Positions 47,674 to 58,642 of a DNA stretch of 64,000 nucleotides are shown one piece after another. The stretch comes from Macrostomum lignano. Its lineage: Eukaryota. The first letter of the stretch is position 1, and each line of letters opens with the position of its first letter. Made by a program: the position numbers and the translations under genes. The notes under the pieces were generated by a model that saw nothing but the letters and a program-made list of their open reading frames with translations, ran no database searches and was not told where the DNA came from. The stretch lies in contig NIVC01001111.1 in assembly GCA_002269645.1 (NCBI GenBank), positions 124,001 to 188,000 of the forward strand. The letters run 5' to 3'.

Positions 47674-47846
47674 TAGAGTCTATGGTAATGGGTCTACCTC
47701 CACATCCTTGCCCTTTACTCCCTCAATTCCCAATACCCATGCTTTAGGGTGTTATGATTATCTCTACTATATTTGTAGAAATTCATCGCAGCAGTCCCTG
47801 CTAGGATCAACTTGGAGCGGAGAATACTCTATACTTGTAGCCTGAG

Positions 47847-48413
47847 TTAAGTAGCAGCCACAGGCGCATACGCCAGATAGGCCTCCAGCTGAACAGATTC
47901 AATAGCGCGCAGCTGACAGCCGGCCGGCACAAACAACACGTCGCCAACGTTGACAGTCCGCTCGGCCGTTTGTCCGCCGTCGGCCATAGCGGCGCACAGC
48001 CGGCCAGATCCGGCCGTACAGATCAGAATGCCGGGCGACGCGGGTGGCAGCGGCGGGGGAGTCAGCTCCCCTTGGGTGCCAGTGCCGCACAGCCGGACAA
48101 CGCAGAATTCAGGCACAGGCGGCGCATAAGAGGCGACACCGCTGGCCAAGTCTACTGACTCGAATTTGCACGAGTCAGCTGATCGGCCTTCGTAATCCAG
48201 CATGGACAACAGAGTGTCGACATCCTTGAGCTTGGGAGTCAGGCCGGCGCGTACAACATTGTCCGAGCAGGCCATGCACTCGATGCAGTCGCCGCTAAGA
48301 TAGGCATGCGGCAGATTGGCAGCCAGGAAAATCGCTTCGCCCGGCTGCAGTTCGATCAGGTTCATGAAGAACACAGAGAGGCAGCCGATGTCCCCGGGAA
48401 AGTCCGCGTGGAT
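47847..48413 (-). CDS. MPI: Mannose-6-phosphate isomerase coding exon 3, last
   Basis: ataacag|ATC; IHADFPGDIGC...LQPGEAIFLAANLPHAYLSGDCIECMACSDNVVRAGLTPK. Confidence 0.95.
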   Translation of the reverse strand: MHADFPGDIGCLSVFFMNLIELQPGEAIFLAANLPHAYLSGDCIECMACSDNVVRAGLTPKLKDVDTLLSMLDYEGRSADSCKFESVDLASGVASYAPPVPEFCVVRLCGTGTQGELTPPPLPPASPGILICTAGSGRLCAAMADGGQTAERTVNVGDVLFVPAGCQLRAIESVQLEAYLAYAPVAAT

Positions 48414-48534
48414 CTGTTATTGGCGAAGTTATTTAGTTGCTATTCGACCATGAGAATATTTAATTGCATTATCATTCAACATAAAATTGCAACCTAATCA
48501 TGTGATATGGAATAAATTCTATAACGATTCAGTT

Positions 48535-49360
48535 AGAGGAATCGCTATCTAAGAGATAGGGAATCGCTATCTAAGAGATGGGGAATCGCTATCTAAGAGA
48601 TAAAGGAATCGCTATCTAAGAGATGGGGAATCGCTATCTAAGAGATGGGGAATCGCTATCTAAGAGATGGGGAATCGCTATCTAAGAGATAGGGAATCGC
48701 TATCTAAGAGATGGGGAATTGCCATCTAAGAGACGGGGGAATCACTATCTAAGAGAAGGGGGAATCGCTATCTAAGAGACGGGGGAATCACTATCGAAGA
48801 TATGGGGAATCACTATCTAAGAGACGGGGGATCACTATCTAAGAGATGGGAATCGCTATCTAAGAGATGGGTAATTGCTATCTAAGAGATGGGGGGATTG
48901 CTAAGAGATGGGGGATCGCTAAGAGATGGGGGAATCGCTAAGAGATGGGGGGATCGCTAAGAGATGGGGGAATCGATAAGAGATGGGGGAATTGCTAAGA
49001 GATGGGGGAATCGCTAAGAGATGGGGGGATCGCTAAGAGATGGGGGAATCGATAAGAGATGGGGGAATTGCTAAGAGATGGGGGATTGCTAAGAGATGGG
49101 GGATCGCTAAGAGATGGGGGAATCGCTAAGAGATGGGGGGATCGCTAAGAGATGGGGGAATCGATAAGAGATGGGGGAATTGCTAAGAGATGGGGGAATC
49201 GCTAAGAGATGGGGAATCGCTAAGAGATGGGGGCTAAGAGATGGGGGAATCGCTAAGAGATGGGGGAATCGCTATCTAAGAGATGGAGAATCGCTATCTA
49301 AGAGATAAGGAAATCGCTATTTAAGAGATGGGGGAGTCGCTATTTAAGAGATGGGGAATC
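48535..49360. repeat. Intronic G-rich minisatellite, 18-23-bp units (MPI intron 2)
   Basis: Units ggggaatcgctatctaagagat and gggggaatcgctaagagat. Confidence 0.92.
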
Positions 49361-49809
49361 ACGATCTTCTTATTTTGCTTAATAGTAAATCTACTTTAGC
49401 ATTTTGCAAGCTGGTTTCACGAAGGGTCGGGTGAAAAAAAACAGGCCATCCTAAGCAAGTTTTGTTTACAAACAGAATCGCAATAGGCACGTTATTATCG
49501 CTTGAATACACACACAGAGACAGAGACAGACAGAGAAAATGAGCACGCAGAAAAGTCGAAATGAAGGCTCTGTATTCATACTGTAGTTAGTTAGTAAAGC
49601 ATATGAGGATTGATGACAGACACGAAACAGATCGAATCTGGCCAATTATTGCTGACAGGCATGGCTGCGGTCTCCTTGACTACTAGGCATGGCTTCACCC
49701 TGCCTTGATCTCCCTAGCCTCTGCATGAAACAGATACAGCTTACAGGGGAGAGGAGAGAGAGACGGTTTATCGCTTTATCACTTGATAGCGACAGGCCAG
49801 GGATTCAAA

Positions 49810-50545
49810 CATCACGTGATTTTCCCGATGAAAACAGAAGCATCACGTGATTTTTTGGGATGAGAACAAAAGTATCACGTGATTTTCACGATGAGAACAA
49901 AAGCATCACGTGATTTTCACGATGAGAGCAGAAGCATCATATGATTTTCACGATGAGAACAGAAGCATCACGTGATTTCCACGATGAGAACAGAAGCATC
50001 ACGTGGTTTTTACGATGAGAATAGAAGCATCACGTGATTTTTAAGCTTAGAACAGAAGCATCATGTGAATTCCACGATGAGAACAGAAGCATCACGTGAT
50101 TTTTAAGTTTAGAACAGAAGCATCATTTGATTTTCACGATGAGAACAGAATCATTTGAGTTCCACGATGAGAACAGAAGCATCATATGCTGTTCAGGATG
50201 AGAACAGAAGCATCATGTGATTTTTTAAGTTTAGAACAGAAGCATCATGTGATTTTCACGATGAGAACAAAAGCATCATGTGATTTTTAAGTTAAGAACA
50301 GAAGCATCATGTGATTTTCACGATGAGAACAGAAGCATTATGTGATTTTCACGATGAGAACAGAAGCATTATGTGATTTTCACGATGAGAACAGAAGCAT
50401 CACGTGATTTTCACGATGAGAACAGAATCATCATTTGATTTTCACGATGAGAACAGAAGCATCATGTGATTTTCACGATGAGAACAGAAGCATCATGTGA
50501 TTTTCACGATGAGAACAGAAGCATCATGTGATTTTCCCGATGATT
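49810..50545. repeat. Intronic minisatellite, 31-bp unit (MPI intron 2)
   Basis: Unit gatgagaacagaagcatcatgtgattttcac. Confidence 0.92.
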
Positions 50546-50615
50546 TTCAAGGGATACTGCAGGAATCTGGAGAATGGGATGGGGAATAAAGCATCAGGTA
50601 AAATTCCCGCAGCAC

Positions 50616-51164
50616 CTCGCGCAGCAGCGGCAGCAGCCGGCACTGGCCATCGTCCAAAGCCAGCAGACTATCGAGGCAGGCTTTCACGGCCGACTCCGGC
50701 TGGCGCATCAGGTTGCTGTAGGCCAGCCGGATCGCCTCCTTGGCTCGGTCGCTGCCAGCAAAGGCGTTGACGGCGCCGCGCAGGGCGGCCAGCCCGTCGG
50801 CGCCAACCACCGGACCCAGCTGATCGGTCAGCTGTTCGCAATAGCCAGCAATTTGGCTGGCCTGACGAAAGCCGCACAGCGCTTTGAATGGAGTCAACGC
50901 GATGGCCATCTCCGGCTTGTGATTGGCGTCCTTGTACACGTCGGGCTGCTGGGCGTGCAGCCGGCCGGCTAGTGCTTTGTCCGGATGGGCCTGAATTGAT
51001 AGCGGCTTCGCCACGGCCAGCACTTTGAACAGGAACGGCAGGCCGTCCTTGGCCGCGACGCTGCCGCCGGCTAGTCGCGGATTAGCGGCCAGCCAGTCCT
51101 GCAGGGAGGTGTCCGGTCGGTCCAGCAGCTTCGACGGCCCTGAAGGGTGGCAGCCCATCCACAG
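50616..51164 (-). CDS. MPI: MPI coding exon 2
   Basis: ccgccgcag|CTG ... GAG|gtgctg; LWMGCHP...LPFLFKVL...LSIQAHPDK...YKDANHKPEMAIALTPF; 183 codons. Confidence 0.93.
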
Positions 51165-51336
51165 CTGCGGCGGGGCGCGGAGATGCTTGAACAATCAGCC
51201 AGGTAGTTGAACTGGGTGCATCGCCTACCCCAGCACTTGTTAATCCAGTACCCCAGCGCTAATCCAGCACCCCATAACTTGCTAATCCAGTACCCCAACA
51301 CTTGCTAATCCAGTACCCCATCACTGGGGGGGGGGG

Positions 51337-51694
51337 GCCGTAGCCCAGCGGTAGCGCAGCTGCTCTGGTGTGCCAGCGACCCAGGCTCGATTCCAAGTGC
51401 AGCCACATTAATTTGGGGCTGAATTGGAATTTCGGCTTGGCTCGCTTGTGCAATTAACGGCCTTGAGAGCCAACCCCCCAAGGCGCAGTGAAGTGTAAAT
51501 GCCTAACGATAATATAAAGTTAGGGCCGCTGTAAACTCCTGTGTGAGTGTGTGCCTGCGTAACGTATCCGCGCGCTTGTATGCCTGCTCAGGGGAGTCGG
51601 CGGAATGGGCAGTAATGCCTCTCGCCGGTTGTGTGCCTATGTCGCTTAAAGTGCGCCAGGGTGCACACAACCACCCTGCCTCTAATAAAAAAAA
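51337..51694 (+). mobile_element. tRNA-derived SINE family A with 13-bp TSD (MPI intron 1)
   Basis: A/B boxes, A-tail, flanked by gtaccccatcact on both sides (left copy followed by a G12 run). Confidence 0.82.
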
Positions 51695-52115
51695 GTACCC
51701 CATCACTTGCTAATCCAGTACCCCATCACTTGCTAATCCAGTACCCCATCACTTGCTAATCCACTACCCCATCACTTGCTAATCCAGTACCCCATCACTT
51801 GCTAATCCAGTACCCCATCACTTGCTAATCCACTACCCCATCACTTGCTAATCCAGTACCCCATCACTTGCTAATCCACTACCCCATCACTTGCTAATCC
51901 AGTACCCCATCACTTGCTAATCCAGTACCCCATCACTTGCTAATCCACTACCCCATCACTTGCTAATCCAGCACCCCATCACTTGCTAATCCAGTACCCC
52001 ATCACTTGCTAATCCACTACCCCATCACTTGCTAATCCAGTACCCCATCACTTGCTAATCCACTACCCCATCACTTGCTAATCCAGTACCCCATCACTTG
52101 CTAATCCAGTACCCT
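51695..52115. repeat. Intronic minisatellite, 23-bp unit (MPI intron 1; older copies also at about 51230-51325)
   Basis: Unit cagtaccccatcacttgctaatc. Confidence 0.93.
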
Positions 52116-52168
52116 ATGACTTGTTTAGTTGCTATGATTTGATAACATGCAAACAATAAAAAAATTAC

Positions 52169-52303
52169 CTCAGCAAATGGCTTGCTTATGTCACTGTCTT
52201 GAAAAGTGTACTGACCAGACTGTTTTAACAGGCTGAATACTTTGCTGTCAGTACCAATTTTACCCCAGGCATAGTTCTGGTAGGCGCACTTTAGTGGCTG
52301 CAT
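52169..52303 (-). CDS. MPI: MPI coding exon 1
   Basis: aaaATG at 52303; MQPLKCAYQNYAWGKIG...KPFAE; donor GAG|gtaatt. Confidence 0.9.
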
Positions 52304-52567
52304 TTTGGCTAAGTGTGTATAGCTGTAGAACAGGATTAAACTGAAGTGTCTTGCAACATGCATAAAAAAAATCATCAATTTTTTTAGTGGTAAGCTGGAT
52401 TACCCTTTCATTTTTAGATGGTCACATGGTAAAAACTTTGCAGTTATGATATAATATTTAGTTGTCAATTATAATGTGCAGACTCAAATTGATTTGATTT
52501 AGAATTAAATACACTAAGACTATAAGTCTTGCACTACCATAAGATTTTTTTATACTTATATAAAGTA

Positions 52568-53080
52568 GCAGTTGGAAGCAACCTACCATTGAAACCGCAG
52601 TAAGAGTACAGTGCAGCAAAGTAGATAATGGTCATTTTATCACAAAATCTAGTTATCTAGTGACTATGCCACTTGTGCAACAGTGCAATCACTGGCAACT
52701 GGTATACCAACTGCTACCTACTAGAATTGCCAAGTGCTTTCTCTAGTTACTACCCCAGAACTCAAGCTCAAGGGTGTGCTTCTTCATCACAACAATGCCC
52801 CTACCTACAAGTCTAGGCAAATAGTTGAATTCTTAGCTAGAGAACACATTCTAAAAACTTAGCAATCTACCTTATACTATTGACCTAGCCCTGTATTGCA
52901 TTTCTACAAATCAAGCAGAAGATGCATGATATTTGCTACTCATCAAGCTGCAGTCAAAGCCTTTTTGGATATGCCAAGGAGGTGCCATATTTGGATTGGT
53001 GGTCCAGCTGCTTCAATAAGTGGTTTAAGAGGATGCAACAATTCAGACTCTACTAGAAAGTATTGTCAAAAATCTAAGTT
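52568..53080 (+). mobile_element. Heavily decayed mariner remnant (3' half of transposase)
   Basis: Collinear similarity to 57058-57574 (cttcttcatcacaacaatgccc; caaatcaagcagaagatgcat; tccagctgcttcaataagtggttt). Confidence 0.7.
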
Positions 53081-54645
53081 GTCATAAGCCAATTCTATAG
53101 TCAGGAGTCAGATTTATATTTTTTAGAGAATTTTACCAAGCAAAAATTGATTTCTTACTCTAATTTCTATGCAGATGCAGATATTGTAAAGAATAGGTGC
53201 AACTCAGGTCAGTGATAAGTAATTTTTGTAATAAATATTTTGGTGGCAAAAAAGATTCAATATATGGTAATTTTTAGTTAAAGGAAATTATACAGTTTTA
53301 AACAAATTTTTTAATGAATATAAAATTATATACATAGTTTAAATTTCAATTTTCATTAAAATATCAATATATTTAGGAAAAATTCAATGGATATGTTTTA
53401 TTCTTATGTATACTATTTGAATTTATCCTGGAATATTCCTATTCTAGTTCTAGTTTCAAAAAAATATATATGGTTTATATAATACAATATTTTAAGTATT
53501 AAATAATAGTCAAAGTGACTGTTACTAAAATGTCTTGTTATTGAAATGATCATAATCTTTTAAAAACAAGATACCTATCAAAATTATTGGCATAGATAAC
53601 AGAGCAAGATATCTATTATATAATATTATATAATAAGTGAGCATTTTTAGCATAGGACTTGAAATAAAAATTTGGCCTAGATACTTAATGCAGCCAAAAA
53701 AAAAATTTATATAGATTATGTATCATCCTGACTTTAGATAAGTTAATTTTTGCTTAGTGTTGGCAACAATCTATTAAAAATCATTAATGAAAGTTACAAT
53801 TTTTTATTAATGTTCATAGAGTACCAAAATTTTTTGGCACTAATGAATCAACAATTTTGCATTAATAATTCTATGAGTTATTAACTAATACATTAATTAA
53901 TACATAATGACAAAGACAAAAATAAGACAAAGATGCAAAAGGAATGAAAAGGAATGAAAATATGTTAGACAAGAATTTATAATATTGCAACTATAATTTG
54001 TTTATAATTTTGCAGCACATTAATATAAATCATGGTTTTAGAACCAAAAAGTGCTTTGCTTTAGCTTATGATTGCATGAATTGCCTATTAAGTACTAGAT
54101 TTTATCCAAAGTTTCAGATTGAGTAGCTACATAACTAATTATTCTAAGAAGGCTATAATTAATTATTTAATGGCTAATAGAAAATGCAATGAAGACTACA
54201 ATTAAAAAGAGAAACAAAGATAGAAAAAGCCCTAAAATAGCACTAGCCTAAGAACATTTTTCTAATTATAACTTTATTGCCTATATATATGATTATGAGC
54301 ATCCCTGCTAATTCTTTTTATTTTCTAATCTTTTGTACATTTTTGCTATCTTTGCTATTGATTATTCTTTTTTATAATAATAATATTATTTATATTATAA
54401 TCCAGGATGGAATATATACATGCCCAATACCCGTCTGACCTATCTAAACTAGACAGGTGAAATGGCTGCCAGCCAAGGTAAGTCAAAAAAAGAAAATGCA
54501 AAAAAAAACAAAAAATTGGGAAAAGAAAGAAAGGAGAGGAAGAGAAAAGGAAAAGAAAGGAGGGAAAATAGAGGGGAAAGAGAAGAGAGAAAGAGAAAGA
54601 GAAGAAAAGAGAAAAGGGCAAGAAAAGTCATATACAAAGTGAAAA

Positions 54646-55300
54646 TTAAGTTGCAATTGGGGGAACTAAGTTGCAATTAAGAGGAACTAAGTTACAATTG
54701 AGAGGAACTAAGTTGCAATTGGGAGGAACTAAGTTGCAATTGGGAGGAACTAAGTTGCAATTAAGAGGAACTAAGTTACAATTGAGAGGAACTAAGTTGC
54801 AATTGGGAGGAACTAAGTTGCAATTGGGAGGAACTAAGTTGCAATTAAGAGGAACTAAGTTACAATTGAGAGGAACTAAGTTGCAATTGGGAGGAACTAA
54901 GTTGCAATTGGGAGGAACTAAGTTTCAATTGGGAAGAACTAAGTCGCAATCAGGAGGAACTAAGTTGCAATCAGGAGGAACTAATTCGCAATCAAGAGGA
55001 ACTAGCTTGTAAGTTGCAATTGGGAGGAACTAAGTCGCAATCAGGAGGAACTAAGTCACAATCAGGAGGAACTAAGTTGCAATTGGGAGGAACTAAGTTG
55101 CAATTGAGAGGAACTAAGTTGCAATAGAGAGGAACTAAGTCACAATCAGGAGGAACTAAGTCACAATTAGGAGGAACTAAGTCGCAATCAGGAGGAACTA
55201 AGTCCCAATTGGGAGGAACTAAGTCGCAATCAGGAGGAACTAAGTTGCAATTGGGAGGAACTAAGTTGCAATTGGGAGGAACTAACTTGCAATTGGGAGA
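54646..55300. repeat. Minisatellite, 21-bp unit, about 31 copies, preceded by a purine-rich tract (54470-54630)
   Basis: Unit gaggaactaagttgcaattgg; explains the TKLQLGG ORF. Confidence 0.93.
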
Positions 55301-55309
55301 TTTTTTGCC

Positions 55310-55500
55310 TGTTGTCTAGGCATTGCAATAGTATATCTAGGCATTGGATATATGGCAAATTTTTGAAGGCATGATACATAGAAGGCTCCAATTTGTGTGC
55401 AGCACAATGGTGTTGGAAGAAATTGTTTCTTGCCTATGGTTTTAGCAAACTTGTAAGTCCAACTCGACTTCCTGTCATCACAGATACTTTATCTGTTTTA
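55310..55500 (-). pseudogene. hAT transposase fragment (ZNF862-like)
   Basis: Translates to TDKVSVMTGSRVGLTSLLKP*ARNNFFQHHCAAHKLEPSMYHAFK, matching the hAT TDGASVMxG...HCxAHxLEL pattern; internal stop. Confidence 0.6.
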
Positions 55501-56348
55501 ACGCCCTATAGTCTTGCAAAACAACTGTCACAATACTATCTTGAGTAAATAAATATTTTAGCATATCATGCTTTGTCTTGTTTCTGTGACTGACAGTTGC
55601 TTAAATCTATAGAAGTACATTATTTGTTTGCTCTTCTCAAGCATCTGGAAATATATCATTAGGTAACTATTTGTAACTATTTGTATAACTATATATCTTT
55701 TTCTTGGAGGACTCTCACTTCTTTAGCCATCAGTCTCAGTCTCCAAATCTGAGTCCAAATGAATGACTATATGTGGTTGTTGGATCTGTGCTTCAATATC
55801 AGCATCAGTTGATAAGCAAGATTCTATAGCAATAGATTTAGCATAAGCATTGTCCCATCGTACAAATTCCGTCTTAAGATGTCTAGTTTTTTCATTCATT
55901 TCAAAAACAGCTTTGCTTTCAGCTGAAATTATTTGAGAAGAGCAATATGTGTGGGTTGTTGCATCTGCACCATGAATCTCAATTTTTGTATTCTGCACAG
56001 ATAGATCTCGATTAGAAGCAACAACCTCTGGATTTTGCACTGCCATTAACAGTCCCTCTCTGTGTGAGCTTGCTGAACATTGGGATGGTGGTACTTCTAG
56101 TTCCCTTGAATATGCTGCAGCTGCACCATCACATGATCCCTAGGCTACACTTAAGATTGCTAGTAAATTTTTCTTATAATATCCAATGTGCACCAAAACA
56201 ATCATTAACTTCTCTAGGAGTTACACAACCAAGTTTCCATTGTGTAAAGAGCAATGGCTTTTGCTCTTCAGCTGTAGAAAGGGGGCATGGGTTGATGGAA
56301 TAGTCTTCATGGCCTTTTTCATCCAAATTACATGCAGGATTCAGTATA

Positions 56349-57643
56349 CGAGGGCTGAGCAATAAGTTTCTGGATGTGCATAGTTGAGAGGCGGCTGACA
56401 AAATCTGACACCATAGGTGTCAAGTACATTATATAAGTACAATGTTTATAAAGTTTCAGACACACTTGTCATATATAGCCAGTGCAGCACCCAAACAAAG
56501 ATAGCATACCCACACTATCTATCAAATTCAAAATGAAGCTCAATATGAATCATTTAAGAGCAATTATTTATTACAATTTAAAGTGGTTTGTGGCAGCAAC
56601 AAAGTCTTGAGCAATTGCGAGGAGCTTTTGGGGATGAAGAACCTTCTAGATCCACCATTTTTATCTTTTTTGCCAAATTTCAACGCGGCAGACAGAGTCT
56701 CGATGATGAGTGCAGTGGCCAGTCTGTCTCCACAACAACTAAGGATAATGTTGCTGCTGTCTGGGCCATAGTTGAGGATGATGCCCAAGTGACTGTGGCC
56801 CAGATAGAGGCAGAGGTGGATAGCTCATCAGGATCTATCAGGACAATCCTGCATTCACAGCTCAACCTAAGCAAGATTTCAGCATGCTGGGTGCCTCATA
56901 AGCTGACTCCGGAGCAGGAGGCTTGGGTGACCATGCTCAACAGATTCTATGGAGGCAGCTTAAACTAGGATATTGGTCTAGGATATTGTCAGTGGTGATA
57001 AGTTCTGGATCTATAGTTTCAACCCAGAGACTAAGAAGCAGTCAGCCCAGTGGACTCCAGTTGGCAGCACTCTACCATCCAAGCTTCGGCAAGAGTGCAA
57101 AGCAGATGGTAGCCATTTTTGTGACAAAAACTGGTCATCAGGCCACAGTTCCACTTGTGCAGTAGCACACAGTCACTAGTGACTAGTATGCCAACGATTG
57201 CCTACCAGAAGTGCTGAGTGCTCTCTCCAGGTGTTGCCCAAGCACTCAAGCTTGGGGCATCCTTCTCAATCACAACAATGCCCCGGCCCACAAGGCTTAA
57301 TAGGTGGCGGAGTTCCTGGCTAGAGAGCGCATTCAAGAGCTCGGTTATCTACCCTACAGTGCCAACTTGGCCCCCCTGCAACTTTTTTGTGTTTCCACAA
57401 ATCAAGCACAAGATGCATAGAATCTGCTATGGATCACTAGAAGCTGCAATGGAGGCCTTCATCTAGTATGTGGAGGAGGTGCCTGCTTTAGGTTGGTCTA
57501 GCTGCTTTAGCAAGTGGTTTGAGCACATGAAAATTTGCATAGAATCTGCTGGAGAGTACTTTGAAAAGATGTAATTGTTTTTTCTCTCTAACCATTTCTG
57601 TCTAGGCACATCCGGATTCTGGAAACTTATTGCTCAGCCCTCA
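56349..57643 (+). mobile_element. Full-length mariner (Tc1/mariner) element, 1295 bp, transposase pseudogenised
   Basis: TA on both sides; TIRs cgagggctgagcaataagtttc / gaaacttattgctcagccctca; broken ORF about 56533-57574 with WVPHKL, IYSFNPETKKQSAQW, HNNA, PYSANLAPCNF. Confidence 0.92.
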
Positions 57644-58642
57644 TATAGTCAGGTGCAGGTTTATCTTTAAGTGGAGTATATAATGACTCAAAGAATGTAC
57701 ACCTATATATATAAGGTGTGCACAAGTGTACATATACAAGTTAGTTTGCCAGAAATATATAGTACAATATGCCACACTTGGGATCATGTATTATATGCCT
57801 GAAAATTTGGGCATGCATTGGCCTTGCATGCCAAAATTAGGTGTGCACAGTTGGTGTGCATCACTCCTAAGAAAATAATATACGTGCATACCTGGCGTGC
57901 ACTTGATAGAATCATGTGTAAGAGTTATTGTAAAGTAGTAAAACAATGAAAAAAGTTCATTTTTAACCCTAAATTTCAAGCTTTCCAGTTTTTTTATGCT
58001 TGTAAAAGAGCATTTAAACAAATCTTTTTGTGTATAAATTTTTTCACTGTAAATAGTATCACCAAAAGAGCATAAAAAGCAACCAAATTATCTATTAATA
58101 AGGGTCTATTACGCAACTTAAAAAATGTATTTTATTGTCACAATGTAAAAAAGGTCATTTGTTGTTGCAACATTGGCGTATTTTTGAGAATGGGCATGCA
58201 CTACATTTTTTTTCAGCGTGCATTTGTAATTATTCAATTTTTGTTTGGGCGTGCACCCCAGTGGCGGATCCTAGGGGGGGGGGGGGGCCAAGGGGGCCAT
58301 GGCCCCCCCTCAGCTGCCTCAAAAAAATTCTGCTCTTGGCCTTTGGCCCCCTTCTAAGTAAAGAAAGGGCTTGGGCCTTGGGATGGGTTCCTACTTGGGG
58401 CAGGGGCAGGGCTCAGACAGAGACCTGTTATCTCTAGAAGTCTCTGCCCCAGAGCCTGAGAAAAAGGTAAGTGCAGTGTGCAAAGCAGACTGGCAGATGA
58501 CAAAGTCAAAGAAATAGATATATAATAATTTTATTTCAGTAAATATAAGCAATATTTTCATTTTCCTTTTGTTTTTATATACAAGTAGTACAAAGCTGCC
58601 AAAGTTACCGCACAAGACCCAAGCATGGAAGTTATATCATAG

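Noticed and set aside
2253-55300. CRISPR-like appearance of the many short repeats
   Set aside because: Units are head-to-tail with no unique spacers, there are no cas genes, and the DNA is eukaryotic.
55723-56046. 107-aa minus-strand ORF as an independent gene
   Set aside because: No recognisable domain, lies among decayed transposons, no clear start context.
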